A DNA stretch of 58,799 nt, from NCBI GenBank assembly GCA_000320545.1, contig ADNK01003420.1, positions 1 to 58,799 on the forward strand. The letters run 5' to 3'. Below, in pieces: positions 38,761 through 52,411 of this stretch (position 1 is its first letter; each line of letters opens with the position of its first letter). Source of the stretch: Bigelowiella natans CCMP2755. Taxonomy: Eukaryota; Protista; Cercozoa. A program made the translations under genes and the position numbers. The notes under the pieces were generated by a model that saw only the letters and a list, made by a program, of their open reading frames with translations, did no database searches and was not told the DNA's origin.

Positions 38761-39548
38761 GATATGCGTCGATTTAGCTGTAAAATAAAAGGGATGGAAA
38801 TGGTCTTATTGCCATCATTAAGCACATTGACTATGAAGTTAATGGAGATTCAATTTCCTAAAGCGAGGCGATCTTGTTTCTATTAGATCTTCGATCGCCA
38901 TTTGCACTTAATCTCTTCTTTTTTTGATACCTTTTGATCTGTCTTTGGCTTCCCCTCTTTCTCTCTCTCTCCCTCTCTATTTTGTTGAGGGAGGGGAAGT
39001 GATCAGTGGCCCCTCCTTTATCTGTTCTCCTCGTAGCTCCCTGCGCGTAGATCTGAAACCGAAGATGATGATGATCTTCTCATGACGATGATGGTGATAA
39101 TGATAGTGCGACAATCATATTACCTACTACTCGATGTAAATACAATATATTTTATCCCTACGCCTCATTCAATATGATAGGCTTAGATCTTATGTTCAGG
39201 CCACGTTGTCGTATATATGAAACCGTATTCCTTTTAAAGGTAAGACATGGATACCTGCGTATTATAATCCTACTAAGTCTTAATCATACCAGAAAAAGAA
39301 CCCTTCTCATACTCCACCCGTGTGTACTTCGAATTCGAGTAATGGACGACGCAGATAAGGAGGGTTTTGTGACGGCATTTGAAAAAAAAAACAAGCAAAT
39401 TGAAGATTAATGTCGTCACCAATGCTTTCAATGTTCCGGGCAAAAGTTTACCTTTCAACCCTGATTCTGGTCTGCAGAGAAAACAAGAGACATGCTATCT
39501 TTCGTACAATGTCCTGAATAGCTAGCTCATCTTGCCATTTCCCTTAGT

Positions 39549-41181
39549 TCGCTGGTGATTTAGGGCTGAAAACAGCTTGTGCAACGACTACTTCGCGCCT
39601 TCAACCTGTTCGAATTTCATATCCGGGTAGGTGAAGCTTTCCGCAATAGTTGACGGATCGCTAATAATGCCCTCGGATGTGCACTTCACTTTACATCTTC
39701 CTCCTTCAGTGCTTCCAACTTCAACGAGGGGCGTATTTTCAAGATTAAAACAGCTGAAATCTTTATGCAAATTAAAGGAGTCTTCATACCCATTCTCTAC
39801 CAAGCTCCTATCGAGACGGATGTGTATGACAACTGCTTCTCAAAATAAAGATGATTGTAGAGTACGTGTTGAAGCAACCCGGCGTGGAGGTAGTACCTTC
39901 CTTTCTCCTTTTAAAACTCGCATTCGAATACAATTGGTCTAATAAACCTCCTGTAGATCATTTCCCCTCCGTTTTTAAATGATTTCGTAGCTAGCCACCA
40001 CAGTAAATCACTTGCTTACCATATCTAGGGAAAATGTTGACGCTCATCAGAGGACTAGTGCGAAACCACCTTTTACTCATGGAAATAATATTTAGCATGT
40101 CAATGAAAAAGAGGCACAAAGTCGATGCAGTATGATATATTGTTGAAACTATGAGGGTGCAGCCATTAGCCAGTTGTAGTTTGCCTACTATATGGAACAA
40201 CTCCGAGTCATAAGCTAACATATATGTACACATTTATGTATTTCTCGTGTGTAAGTGTGTAACACATACACATATTAAATATATCTATAATGGACAAAAT
40301 TAGGAAAAGGTTAGCGTTACAGAAGCCAAGATTCTTCTGAAAAAATTGAAAGTAACCGATAATTAAATGATAGTGTCTCGAACGATCTGATATCTTCTTC
40401 CTGGTTGTAATTTGTTATCATAGGCAACCTGCGGGGTTGGAGGTAAGTTGATAACATCTAGTAGCGGCGGTGGAGCTTGTACTGCTACCTTGGAGCTACA
40501 AGTAATTCTTCTTCCTTGTATTTCTCACCCACTCTTGTACTTCCTTGAATCTCCTGCAAAATGTACTCAATTGGAGTGGACTGTACAACACAGGGTGACC
40601 ACGCGGATGCTCTTGTTCATGTATTACGAAAAGAGGGATTCACAGATGTAGCAAAGTCAGGAGCCAGTGGTAAGTAGCGGTGATGATTTTTTTCTTTTTT
40701 ACTGTGCATTTTCTAAAACAACCCATTATGCGATTAATAACTGATAGGCAACGGTAAACCACAACTAAAGTGGAATTCGCCTAAAAAGGTGAAAGAAGAG
40801 CATGCTAAAATAAAGGTATTTAGGGAAGTATCACCAACCATGGTTTTACGCCAATACTCGATGCTCATTTACCAACTGTAGGAGCAACAGAAGGCCCGGA
40901 AGTTAGCTGCAAGGGCATTTAAACGAGCTGAAAGCCGCACATCAGAAGCAATTGAGGAATCAAAAAGGTTTTACACAACTACAAATGAAATCCAATTATA
41001 TGAGGAAATAGAATTTGAGTCGACCGATTGTGTAAACAACAGACTTCAAATGCAAAAAACAAAAGCGAAAATAGAGGCCCAATTGGCTTTAATAGAAGAC
41101 AGAAGCAGCGAAGAAGCGAGGAAACTTCAAGCAAAATATGAACGTGTTTGTCAGAACTTGGATCAACCTTTGCAAAATTAG
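39549..41181 (+). CDS. SUI1/eIF1-family (bacterial YciH-like) translation factor with transit-like N-terminus and coiled-coil C-terminal extension; 5' end not located
   Basis: Spliced sequence CRVRVEATRRG|GKMLTLIRGL|EKVSVTEAKILLKKLK|ATCGVGGKL...TLELQ|GDHADALVHVLRKEGFTDVAKSG matches the SUI1 pattern R.GK.VT.I.GL...LAK.LK..CG.GG...IE.QGDH...L...G. Stop at 41179-41181. Confidence 0.82.
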
Positions 41182-41369
41182 ATCATCGACTAAAGTCACG
41201 GTCTAAATGATTGCTAAATAGTGTGACATCAGCATGCTCCTCTCGCCCCACTTTTACATATTGATGGTTTGATGTGGTTTGTCCCTGCATCGAGCCCCCT
41301 CCCTATGCATGTCCTGGAAGGTGGGTTGCATTATTATAAAATGTTTGTGTATACTACTAGACTAGTATA

Positions 41370-42020
41370 GCGGTCGCACGTGTGTCACATCACCCACCGC
41401 ACTAGCGCACGTGCAGTTGTGATGCGAATGATGAAAATTTGGAACACATTGTGCAACGATCATGGTGCTTGTACAATAGTTTGTGGTGTTGTGTGTCATG
41501 TGTAGATTGTGCATCGTGGCATCTAGGCACGTTAGCATTTGTCATGACTCTACACCTAGATGCATGAACCTAGCAGCTAGCTTTGGAGCTAGCGAGCTAG
41601 TAGCTAGCAGCGCGTCCGCCGATTTAGCTAGCTAGCGATGCAGCGCCTCAAAATGCGTGCACTGCACATGCCTCTAGGCCTAGATGCTGCTAGTAGCTTG
41701 GCTAGCGAGCAGGGAGCATGTGCAATGCTTGCTGTGTGCACCGTGCCCATGTTGCTTCGTTGCACATAGCATTGCATTTGCATTGGCCAAACGCACACAA
41801 ACCACTGCCATTTGCATCGCGAGTGCAGTCTAGCGGTGCGCAATAGCACAAAGTCGAATTTCGGTAACAATCTTCATTTGCCATTGACATATGCTGCACT
41901 TCACTGCCATGTGTAGCAGTGCGGCGCATGCGTGTGGAATGGTTGATAGCTCTCACGAGTGCTGCACGTGTTCAGCATCACCTTTGCTACATGTGTTTCC
42001 GAATACATCTTTAGCCCGTG
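41370..42020. other. TpA-depleted, CTAG-rich island (intermediate strength)
   Basis: Most surviving TA is in CTAG, NTAG or CTAN, with dense gctagc runs at 41568-41705. Confidence 0.8.
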
Positions 42021-43196
42021 CATGTTAGGAAGCATCAGCTACAACACGGAGGGTAAACGGTACCGACTCGACGGCGATCATGTCCGAAGGGTGCAAATTC
42101 CCCGCAACACACATCGCATCGAAAATCCAGAAAGGAACACTTTTGTCCGCACTAATAAATTATTTAATTTTTTCAACCCTGGAAAAAAACCATTCACACT
42201 TAATCTGTGCATGAAGTTTCAGACCTGGCAGACGGTAGGTTTACACCCGCACTCTCCTCCTCCGCCACAACACCACAGTTGTGCACACTAGAGTGACATA
42301 TTGAACACGTGTGAATGAAATTTGAAGGTAAGAGCTAATTATTTATTTATTCATAAACCTGCTGTACAGCCCACACGAATATGACCTCGTCCGTGCTACA
42401 ATCGCAACATTTGCAAGATGCATTGCAGCTTGTGTAAGACCGATGCTCCCTCTTGCAGTCTAAAAATGAACAATACTCCTTGTGTACACATAGACCACAT
42501 TTATAGTCTGAAATGCACAATGTGTATTCACTGCAGTCGAACCCCTATAAATGAGAAATTTAATGCGTTAGTATATGGAATCAACAAGCAAATATCGAAT
42601 CGTTGATTGATGTGGACATAGGTGGGAAAATGTCAAAGTGGCAAAGGAGAAAGCAATCGAGCATCAACATGTTTGTCATTACGCAGTGAAAGCAGCAACA
42701 AGAAGTTGGAGCCGAGAGAGCATCGTATTTTGCCACATTTGGTAATAAGATCTTTATGCCATAGGTCGTAGCCTGGGGCTTACTGATGTGCATTTCCTGT
42801 TTCTGTTCCATGATGCCTGTTTTTTTACTTGTCCAGATTTTTGCAGGGTGGGAGATGAGAATGTTGGCAATATTCCGATTGCTACGACAAGAATATCAGC
42901 GTAACAATGCAAACGGAGCTCTAATTTCCCTCCATCTCCCGTAATTCTGGGGATATCACTGTAAAAGTTCTCTAAATACGAAACTATTTCTGCCTATCGT
43001 ACTTTCTAGATTACATGTTTATGTTCTGAATCTTCGACTCTACTTTGTGCATCAACTCTATTTCCGGATTGTGTTACTTCTCAAATTTGTTGATACGACA
43101 ATAAAATCACACAGTCTCATCAATTGAACGATTGTGCATTGTTGTTATTTCAACATATCTACGCAAATACTCCCTCTACTCTCTCTCTCTCTCTCC

Positions 43197-43295
<99 letters not shown>

Positions 43296-43483
43296 CTCTA
43301 AAATCAGACCAATAATTGTACACTAGCTATCTCTTTGCTCAACTCACGAATACACTACATCTAATACGTAGCGCCGCAAATTTATTTTCTCAAATCAGCA
43401 ACAGTCACATCCCTACTACCATTCATCATAACTACATGGTAGTAGGAAAGAGTAGGTATGAAATGATGAAGATATTGAATCAG

Positions 43484-46344
43484 GCGTTACAACACAAATG
43501 ACAACAAAGCTGCTGCTGATGCTTGAAACCAGAGGAAAAGTGACAAATTTAAGAAAGAAGACCCTAGATTTCAAAGCGGTAAGGAAGGAGCTTGACATCG
43601 AGGAGGAGGGAGAAAGTGTCCAGGCTGCTGAGATTGCCTCTTCCGCTAAGTAGTTTCGGGATTCGTGTTCTGGGATCGAATTACATCCATACGCGTTATG
43701 GACATTTAGCATTGATCACAACACTATTTCCCCGCTCCGTCAATTTTCCTAGCAGCTTAAATTTCTGTATTCTATCTTTTCATTTGCCTTACTTTTTACT
43801 CATGCATAATCAGCGGTCTACCTATCATTTCTTACTTTCTAACCAGAAACTATGCCATCTTAATCACATAAATCATGCAAATATATTCAAGCACACCTCA
43901 ACTATGCATATGTATTTGTTACAAGATGTCGGATAAAGGTAGTAAGCAACAGTCGTTTGCAATGATACGACAAAGAAGTAAGTCAGGAAATTTTTTCTCA
44001 ACGATGAAAAAGGTCCTCAAGCAGTGAGATTCAGGCATTATCAAATCACGCACAGCTTTGGTATTTCATCAGAAATCAGCGCAGCAACTCAAGGAGGAAG
44101 AAAAGTTTATGATGTTGCGGTTAATACAAGACGATTGAATTTTCAAAACGAAAATTAAGACCCTTGCCGTCATTGTTAGATCGAAATCGGCTAAAGATTG
44201 GGCAAAAACACTGTAACCAGGTCGGTTAATGTTGCAGATTACGTCCTAATACTCAACCATATCAGGCATGCAAAAAGGACACTTGGAGGACTCTCCGAGA
44301 ATGATGTAGATATTATGAAAACATAAAAACAGCATATACAGTAAATACACACCCTGATTCATTCTTGCATTCTTGCGGCCAGGTTAAACTACCTGCAGCA
44401 GAGAGCTTGGAGGTGGTTTAGTGATTAGGTTATATTTCCGGCAACAGTAATTAATATCCTTATAATAGGAATGGCTGTCAACGTGCTTAGTGGAAATTTT
44501 CAATCAGGTATAACCGAATAGGCAATGAATTCTTCTCTTTATGGATCAGCCGATTGATTAAATTCTATCTCGATAAAATAGATTTTATCTCTTTACGGAA
44601 ATATATGCGAGCATTGCACCGAAGAAACGTGTCCGGTCAAAGAAAATAGCCATCGCGAGTATTTAAGGTGACAACACATGCACTGTTAGGTGATGAGTGC
44701 AAATCGCGGATATCGATATGCGTGGAGAGACAGCCAGAAGTAATATTTTGAAGCAGAATTCTATAATTGTTACAGTAAGCAGCTGTTATACTTTAGATAC
44801 AAAACTCCAACAGAATTTCCAGCTCCGGTGTACATCAATTTGCTGTTCGAATGGGTTGAAGGAAAGTTGCAGGTACCATCATAATATCATAATGTTATCA
44901 AAACTTTGCAAATAGACACAATTTCATCAAATCAGGACGATTCAATATTTCCAGTTGAGGTAGGTGTAGAATTTCCACCGGATTATATTCACGAAATCAA
45001 GGTAGATTTTTGTCTGATCTGCCCACATTCTCATCCTAACTAGTTAAATATACAAATGTAGGGGATGATGAAAAGGCTTTTTCGGGTCTATGCGCATATC
45101 TATCATAAACATTTCGCTGAAGTTCAAACAGCGGATATGACAGCCGCACTAAACTCGTACGTGCAAGTAAAATGAGTTCGTGTGAGAAATTTAATTCTTC
45201 ATTCATTAGGTGTTTAAAGCACTTCGTCATATTTGGGTTAAATCTAAATATTAAAACCTAAAATCATCAAATCATTAAAACAAATAAAATTGTAAACTTA
45301 GGAAAGAATTTGAGCTGATTTATCGGGAAGATTTGGAACCAATGAAAGGTATTTCACTTCAATTATATTCCACAAAATTTGGGCATTCTCATGTTCTCAT
45401 GTTGTTATACTTTTGAAGAACTAGTTGCGAAGTGGAAGCTATGGAAAAAGTTGCCCTATAAGAATGTAATTTAATAACTCTATGTACCGCATTGAGGTAA
45501 AGATAGTAATTAATGCACCTTTTAAGGCAAAGGATTCAAGAAAGAAGGGTCGGCGAAACAGCAGGATGAAACGAGCGAATAGCCGGAAAACCTCTCCCAC
45601 TGCTACACCAACTCCTATGATTTCAGAGCTTACCGATAATGAAAATGGAAGGTCTTGGATTCAGAATAGCTTGAGTCCTCCTTTGAGTCCTCGCGACGTC
45701 GTAAGTTCATCGGTAGTATTTGAGTTAAATCTGAAACAGTACTGAGTCATTGTTTTCATGTTTTCGACTTTTAGAGAACACGTAGTTCAGCAGTTGATCG
45801 AATTGAAGAAAATTTATCCCAACACAAACCTCGAGGGTCAGTTATGTGTCTTCCAGATGGGGTGGAGAAGGAGGTTGTGGAACTCAGTTTAGATTTTTCC
45901 ATATGTGGTGGTGAGGATTCAGTTATTTTTACGTGTCTTTGGTAACTTAAATATCGTATATTATCAAATAACATGTAGGTCAAAGTATGGGCAAGCCAAT
46001 ACATATCTTCATCGGTGTCTCCTCAATCTTCGCCGAAGAATCAGTCTCTCGATAAAAAAACAAAATGCACCGAGAAAGATGCGAAGTTGCTTCCTGAAAA
46101 CTATAGAGTAACCCATGCGGAAGCAACTGTTCCATTAATATCTTCAAGCCTAAAGATAAAAAAGAAAACAAGAATGATAGATAAAAGTTTAAGAGCAGGC
46201 AAACATCACACAGCTCCAAGACAATTTACAAAAAAAACCAGGAAACCTAATATCGCGGAGGTTGAAACGATGCACTCGACTCAGCTTGATTCAGGAAACA
46301 AGAAAAAATTGTTTTCTCACATTCCAGGAGTCTGGCGTCCGTGA
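43484..46344 (+). CDS. MOB1/phocein-family kinase activator with N- and C-terminal extensions (core about 44383-45450; 5' end uncertain)
   Basis: Spliced sequence VKLPAAESLE|EWLSTCLVEIFNQ|ILSLYGNICEHCTEETCP|VMSANRGYRYAWRD|...APVYINLLFEW|DDSIFP|...FP|MMKRLFRVYAHIYHKHF...ALNS|CFKHFVIF|...FELI...LEPM is a MOB1 domain, including the Cys/His zinc ligands. Confidence 0.88.
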
Positions 46345-46479
46345 GGTTGAACGTTGCTTAGTTGTCGACGATATGGTTCATTTTGATGGGGAAGGTAGCA
46401 GGGGATGCAAAGTCCGTCTGCTACTTGCAACTTACTCATGAGGTCCACACCTAATTAGGCACAATGACAGCCTACACGA

Positions 46480-47930
46480 TGTGCAGCATCTCACAACACT
46501 GCCCACGTTTCAAAATCAATAAAAATTTTGCCACGAGCAATGCGCCCGCATCTTGTACATAACAGTTGACGCGCTACTACGAAAAAAACTTAGGCAAGCA
46601 TGTCATTTGAACAATGCAACGTGGAACGCGCCAGGGGGGCAAGCTAGACGCGCTGTGATCGGCACGAAAAATAGGAGCACCTGAGCAACACAAACACCCA
46701 ATCTAGCAATGTCAAGCACAAGCACAGCAAAGTGTGGGCTGCTTGCGCCTTGTCAGTTGTGCTCATGCACGCTGCATCAGAACGCAAATCATGGCATGCA
46801 CATGCATGATGATCAGGTTCATGTTGTCACGCGCTGAGGTACACTAGCACATGACACGAAGTCCACGTGCTCGATACCGTTTGCCAATCGAAACGTTCAG
46901 ACGGACGCCCCGCTAGCCCGCTTCAGTCTGTCGCTAGTCTAGCTAGCTAGTGCTAGCCTGGCTAGCTGGCTAGCTGGATCAGGATGGGCGATGCAGCTGT
47001 GATCTCAAATGGCTCTAGCTAGCTCCTAGCTAGCTCTAGAGCTAGCTAGCTAGCTAGCGCCAGCAGCAAAGCTCTGGAGCAAACTGGCGTCATCAATCAT
47101 TTGTTGAACGAATTCATTGACTGGTTCTCATTGCGCTTGTCTAGTTGTCGCGCTCGCCACCATCTAGCCATCAGTGATTTGGTCTGGATGGCTGGTGGTG
47201 AATCATGCTAGCATGCCAGCATCCAGGCATGCTGGCATGCATGATGCGTGTCTCGTTGTGCACACACCACTCTGGCACTGCTAAACTGGACTAGCAATGA
47301 TAGTGTCTATTATAGCACATCAGAAATGCATGCTGCGCGCACAAGCACAAACACGATCTTCAAAGCTCTCCATGCATGGCTAGATCTAGAGATGGCCGCA
47401 GAGCCGCAGCACTTTCTAGTTTTGTGCTTTGCAGGGCTACGTGTTGGGATGACAATCTAGCAATTGAAAGAATTTGATTGCACATCTGACATGTCATCAC
47501 ACACGCCTCTCACACACATGTAGACATGCTAGCATGTTGGCATGTCTAGATCGAGATGCACGCTTGCTAGCTTGTCTAGCACGTTGTGATGCGCACGTGT
47601 GCACATGTCTAGATGTGCACAATCGACACACATGCAGCATGTGAGAACACGTGAGAAATTGCAAACAGCATTTGGTGTGCAGTCTGTCTTTGCAACGCAC
47701 AGGCACTACTGCATGTAATGCGTAGCGCCACATGTAGACATCTAGACATAGACGCAGACAATGTGCACATGTGTTGTTTTTGTAAGAGCAGTGTATGCAT
47801 ACCCTACCTGCAATAGCACTTGCATGTAGCATGCCGCGACACATGTACAAGTCTAGATGTGTGATATGCGTACACCTTCCATGATGGCGCTATCAAGCGC
47901 ATTCTAGCATTGTGCCTTGATCGTTCTATC
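46480..47930. other. Strong TpA-depleted island with CTAG arrays
   Basis: TA is mostly within CTAG, with gctagctagctagctagc at 47041-47058 and long mixed purine-pyrimidine alternating tracts (catgcacatgcatg). Confidence 0.88.
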
Positions 47931-48218
47931 TCACAGTGTTAGTAAGTATCTTGAATGTTTTTATTTCTAGATACATGTTATCAGGCACAGACGTAATGAT
48001 TACTAGTAGCCTACCATTGTATTGAAAAAACATTTTGTTGCTGGAGTATAAGAATGAGCAACATTATATGAGAACTGTGATGGCGTCAAACTGCTAGAAG
48101 ACCTGTAGGGAAACTGATCTACAATGCCTCTTACTCGTAGAACTGTGCTAAACTTGCTTGTGCATTATGTGATGATATCGAGCATTTTTTCGTGCCGCTT
48201 CCATTAATCATTACTGCA

Positions 48219-49482
48219 TTATAATCTTGCAAGGTCGAGTAGCATGGCCTTGTGGGGCTTCAAGTGTTCTTCAAAGTCTATAGCCTCCTCAACCATCTTT
48301 CAAATACAAACAAGAAGTGTCCGAAATCTTATTAATAAAAACTAAAACCAAGATGGTGTGAACAGAGTTACTACTTTGTTGAATCGCTGAGCCATTTTGG
48401 AGTCACTTGCAATTGCTCGGACCAAAGGATTCGTCTTCAAGGACTTGGTAAATGAATCTCTAAGCGTAGGTGATGAAGAACACATGCCATCATTAGCACA
48501 AAATTTAGATAAGTGACACAGACCATGCAGTACTACGCCGACGATAGTCATAAGAAATATAATCTTCACTCTATCTAATCATCGCATTAGATAGGTGAAG
48601 TAGTCTAGTCCAGCAATATGATCGACACCACCCATACTAGATCAAACACTACACACTCATCAAAATTACTACTACAATGACTACTACGACGACTATGACA
48701 ACTACCACAATAACTATCTAACATGTACTACCTGCTGGCACTTTGCTCTGGTTTTATACGACTGAAAGCGAGATCAAGGAGTGAGTCCACCCGCGCCCAA
48801 TCTTTCTCGGACACACTGCGTAAAGTGATTTTGGGAGCTTTACTTGTTCTCTTGGAGGAGGAGGAAACACTCGCTGTGCTTGTGGAAGAAGAAGAAGAAC
48901 TTGCAGATTCTTTCGTATTATTTTCACGCGGTCGTTTCTTGGAAGTTGCGACGAAATCTGCAACATTCTCCTTTTTATCCTCCGATGACGTACCATTCTC
49001 AGCCGCAACAGCAGTAAAACTATTAGTGTTGGCACTACTGCTATCAATACGATCTGATTGTGCTGGATTTGATGTGTCATCTTGGCAGTCTCCCGCTCGA
49101 TCAAATCCAGGGGGGGGGGCTAAGTTCGGATTCAAAGAGGAAGAGGAGGAAGATGAGGTTGAGGAGGAAGTTCTTTTTCCGAACCCAGGTGGAGGAGGCG
49201 TAACCCCTTCAAAACCAGGTGGAGGTTGCTCTTTAGTAGCTGCTGCTGCTTTTGTAGCAAATCCGGGTGGTGGAGCGACATCATTACCTGCTTTCATCAT
49301 CACGCTAGTCGTTCTGCTACTATCCGTCTGGTTTTTGTTGAAAACTGGAACAGGAGGTGGTGGTGGTCTGCTACTACTTTCCGACGAATTTTTCGTATCC
49401 AATGCCTTCCCCTTAGCAGCAGCTAATTTATTACGATTATTCAGAAATAAACATACTTAAAAACTATTTTTAGAAAATACAT

Positions 49483-49551
<69 letters not shown>

Positions 49552-50268
49552 CATCAGCAACCACAGAAGACACCGTTACTGTGCATACTTTCTTGCTAAT
49601 CTAGACTACGGCTAGAAATTTGACAAACCTCCAGACATGCCCATTTGAATTATTTCGCTCAGTCTTTGCCTCGAAATATTGGTGGATTTTTCATCGCCGT
49701 CATTGGAACTAGCAGATTCTGCTGCTCCGCTGTCGCTCGAAGCAACCTTCATCACCAATGCGCAGATGTCAATAATAATTCTTACTCGATTATCGTATCC
49801 TTTTGGTCTATACTACACCAAACATCATTTTCACTACCTTTACATCCCCCGCTTCTTTTCCATCTCCCTCGTTGGTGTTTATTTCCTCCTCATCGGAACG
49901 ATCATCATCAGCGCCATCAAAGTCTTCCAGAAAAGCTCGAGCTGCAGCGTCCGCCATTAGTTTTTATCTATTTAAGTTTTGCTTTCTTACTTCCCCTTCC
50001 TCTACCGCTTCTTCTTCTTCTTCTTATTTCTTTTTTTTCCTTCAAAGGGAGGAGGGGAAGGAGTGCTGAGTTCTTGTTATTAGATCTCTTCTCCGTATGG
50101 GTTCTACGGATGATGAGTGAAGAGAGTGGGCGACTGTGGTGGTAGAATAATAACTTACCTTACAAAGGAAATACAGGCTGTTTTACTGCTTACGACATCT
50201 CGAAAGGCTTGGTGACAAGGACATACGTATGCCCAAAGGAAATCTATGATGTTTTCTTGATGCGACAT
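48219..50268 (-). CDS. Hypothetical protein with PPPGF repeats (multi-exon)
   Basis: A 224-aa ORF at 48728-49402 contains PPPGF four times. Flanking spliceable exons include KLMADAAARAFLEDFDG, NRVRIIIDICALVMKV and KMVEEAIDFEEHLKPHKAMLLDLARL*. Start is tentative and no family was recognised. Confidence 0.6.
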
Positions 50269-50657
50269 GGTATTCTTCTCTCTTTTTGGGTAGTATTCCC
50301 TGTCTTACCGAGTATGGTGCTACTACTATTACTAGTACGAGGAGCAGGAGGAGGACCAAGAGGAGGACCAGGAACCTAGGACATTATCCTATTCGCTCGT
50401 ATCATAGCCTGTGATGATGACACCTCCTCAACAACGGGAAAGAGGAGAGGTTCTTCTTCTTCTCCTTTTTCTTCTTCACTATGACAATAAACTTTATATC
50501 GTAGAGATTTTTACACACGCACATACGTGCTACATGCATACTTCTGGCATGCTGCTGCAGTGAGACACGATATGAAGATATGGAATTATTGTAATGATGA
50601 GCATGTCTCTGACATCTATTCACTGTTTTAACTCAGCAATATTATACCAAGAATACG

Positions 50658-51893
50658 ATGGGGAGTGGGGAGACGATGAAAGCTTGTAGTCGGGTGGACG
50701 GCAGCTTTGGAAGATGCATCGCAGTTTTTGAATCGCCCTATCACTTCTTGTCCTTCTTCTGCTTCTCTGTTACATTTCTTATTCTTCTTTGGCAGTACTA
50801 CTACTACTACTGCTATTACTACTACTACTACCTTGCTGTTTACAGCAGCTGCTTCTCTTGTTCCCCGGTACAGTATATAAGATGGGAGGGCTGCTGTAAG
50901 GCACATCTGCCATACGTGGCATCGAGGCAGACTCTTCATCGTCGCCCTTGTCCACTTTTGCCCCTTACCACCACCACCACCACCACCATATCCCCAATAC
51001 ATTATTTTGGGAGGAGCGTCAACCGCAAGCTGACTACTCAGAGACGCCATTACCTAGTATCTAGGAATGACAACTTAAGTTGGTGCTGGACAATGCTCCC
51101 ACAGATCAGAAGTATGTTTCATGAATAGTAACAACAAAAGTAATCAATGAATTCATATAGGTAGTTAGAAGTGGCAGGAAAGAGAGAGAAATTGTGCTCC
51201 TCATAGTCTGTTGCTGTGCATCCATCACCAAAGATGGTGTCGTCGTATAGACATGGTAGATTGCTACAAATACATTTGGTAGGTAGGACCATCAAGAATA
51301 TGGTGGTTGATATCTTGGATGATGTTAAATTCAATATCGTCGATTTCGTCGTCGTTATAAACCAATGTTGTCTTCTTCGTATGCAAACCGCAATATTATC
51401 ATTTACACTGAAGGAAGAGGCAACGTGACGGCAGTCCATGCAACCAGGAGGAACAAGAGTGTCAAGAAGAAAATAAAATTGCCTCGTGGTCTTTCGAGGC
51501 ATCTAGCTTCGTTGAAAAAGGTGGCAGCAGTGCATAGAGGAAACCTGCATATATTCTGATTCTCAGTTGTATTATATGTTACAAGTTTTTCTTTTTTCGG
51601 TTATTGTGCTGCTGCTGCTGCTGCTGCTGAGTATTATTATTACCCCAGCAGCAGCCACATTTCAAGGCTGCTGCTGAGTATTATTATAACCCCAGCAGCC
51701 ACATTTCAAGGCTGCTTTTACTGATTACTACTACCTGGTCTTTGCTGTATATTTGTGCTGCTGCTGCTGCTACTGCTACTTCTACCACCACTACTACCAC
51801 CAGCAAGGAAAAATGGACGAATATCATCGAATTCGGAATAATGCATTCATATCAAAACTTCCTAAACCACCACCGCTCTCGGCCCCAACGCCC

Positions 51894-51925
<32 letters not shown>

Positions 51926-52380
51926 GTTGGCAACTTGTTTAAATCATTCAACTCAATCCTCATATTCTTCAGCAACTAGTTCTTCGGTAGCAGCAGAAAT
52001 GCCATATCAACAACATCAACGACTTCTCCTCCTCCCGCATTATCGCTTGCACTTCGATGCCGGACTGGAAATGCCAAATTATGCAAACAAGAAACAAGCA
52101 AGGAAGCAGAGGCGGCAGCTTGTTCAGGGGGAAGAGGAGATATCGTACACTCCTGATAAAACAACAACAACTACTACAACTATACCAACAATGACAACTG
52201 TAAAGGGACAAGTTGGGTGTGTGCTCTACCACGTAGATTGTTCTAATTCTAGTAGCAGCAGCTACGGTGTCCAAACTGAGGTAGGAGCATGGATGACCTC
52301 ATTCGAATTACCATCACCAAATAGTAGTTCATCTGAACCAGTAATACCACAAGAGGACGATGCTCAATTAGAAGTCAAGG

Positions 52381-52411
<31 letters not shown>

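Noticed and set aside
39588-39803. Minus-strand 71-aa ORF (MVENGYEDSF...)
   Set aside because: It overlaps the plus-strand SUI1-like gene, which has clear motifs and consistent splice sites.
42600-42960. Possible extra 5' exons of the MOB gene
   Set aside because: Several short open frames exist, but no frame or junction could be fixed from sequence alone.
48723-49460. 245-aa plus-strand ORF
   Set aside because: It is antisense to the PPPGF-repeat exon, whose strand is supported by flanking splice sites.
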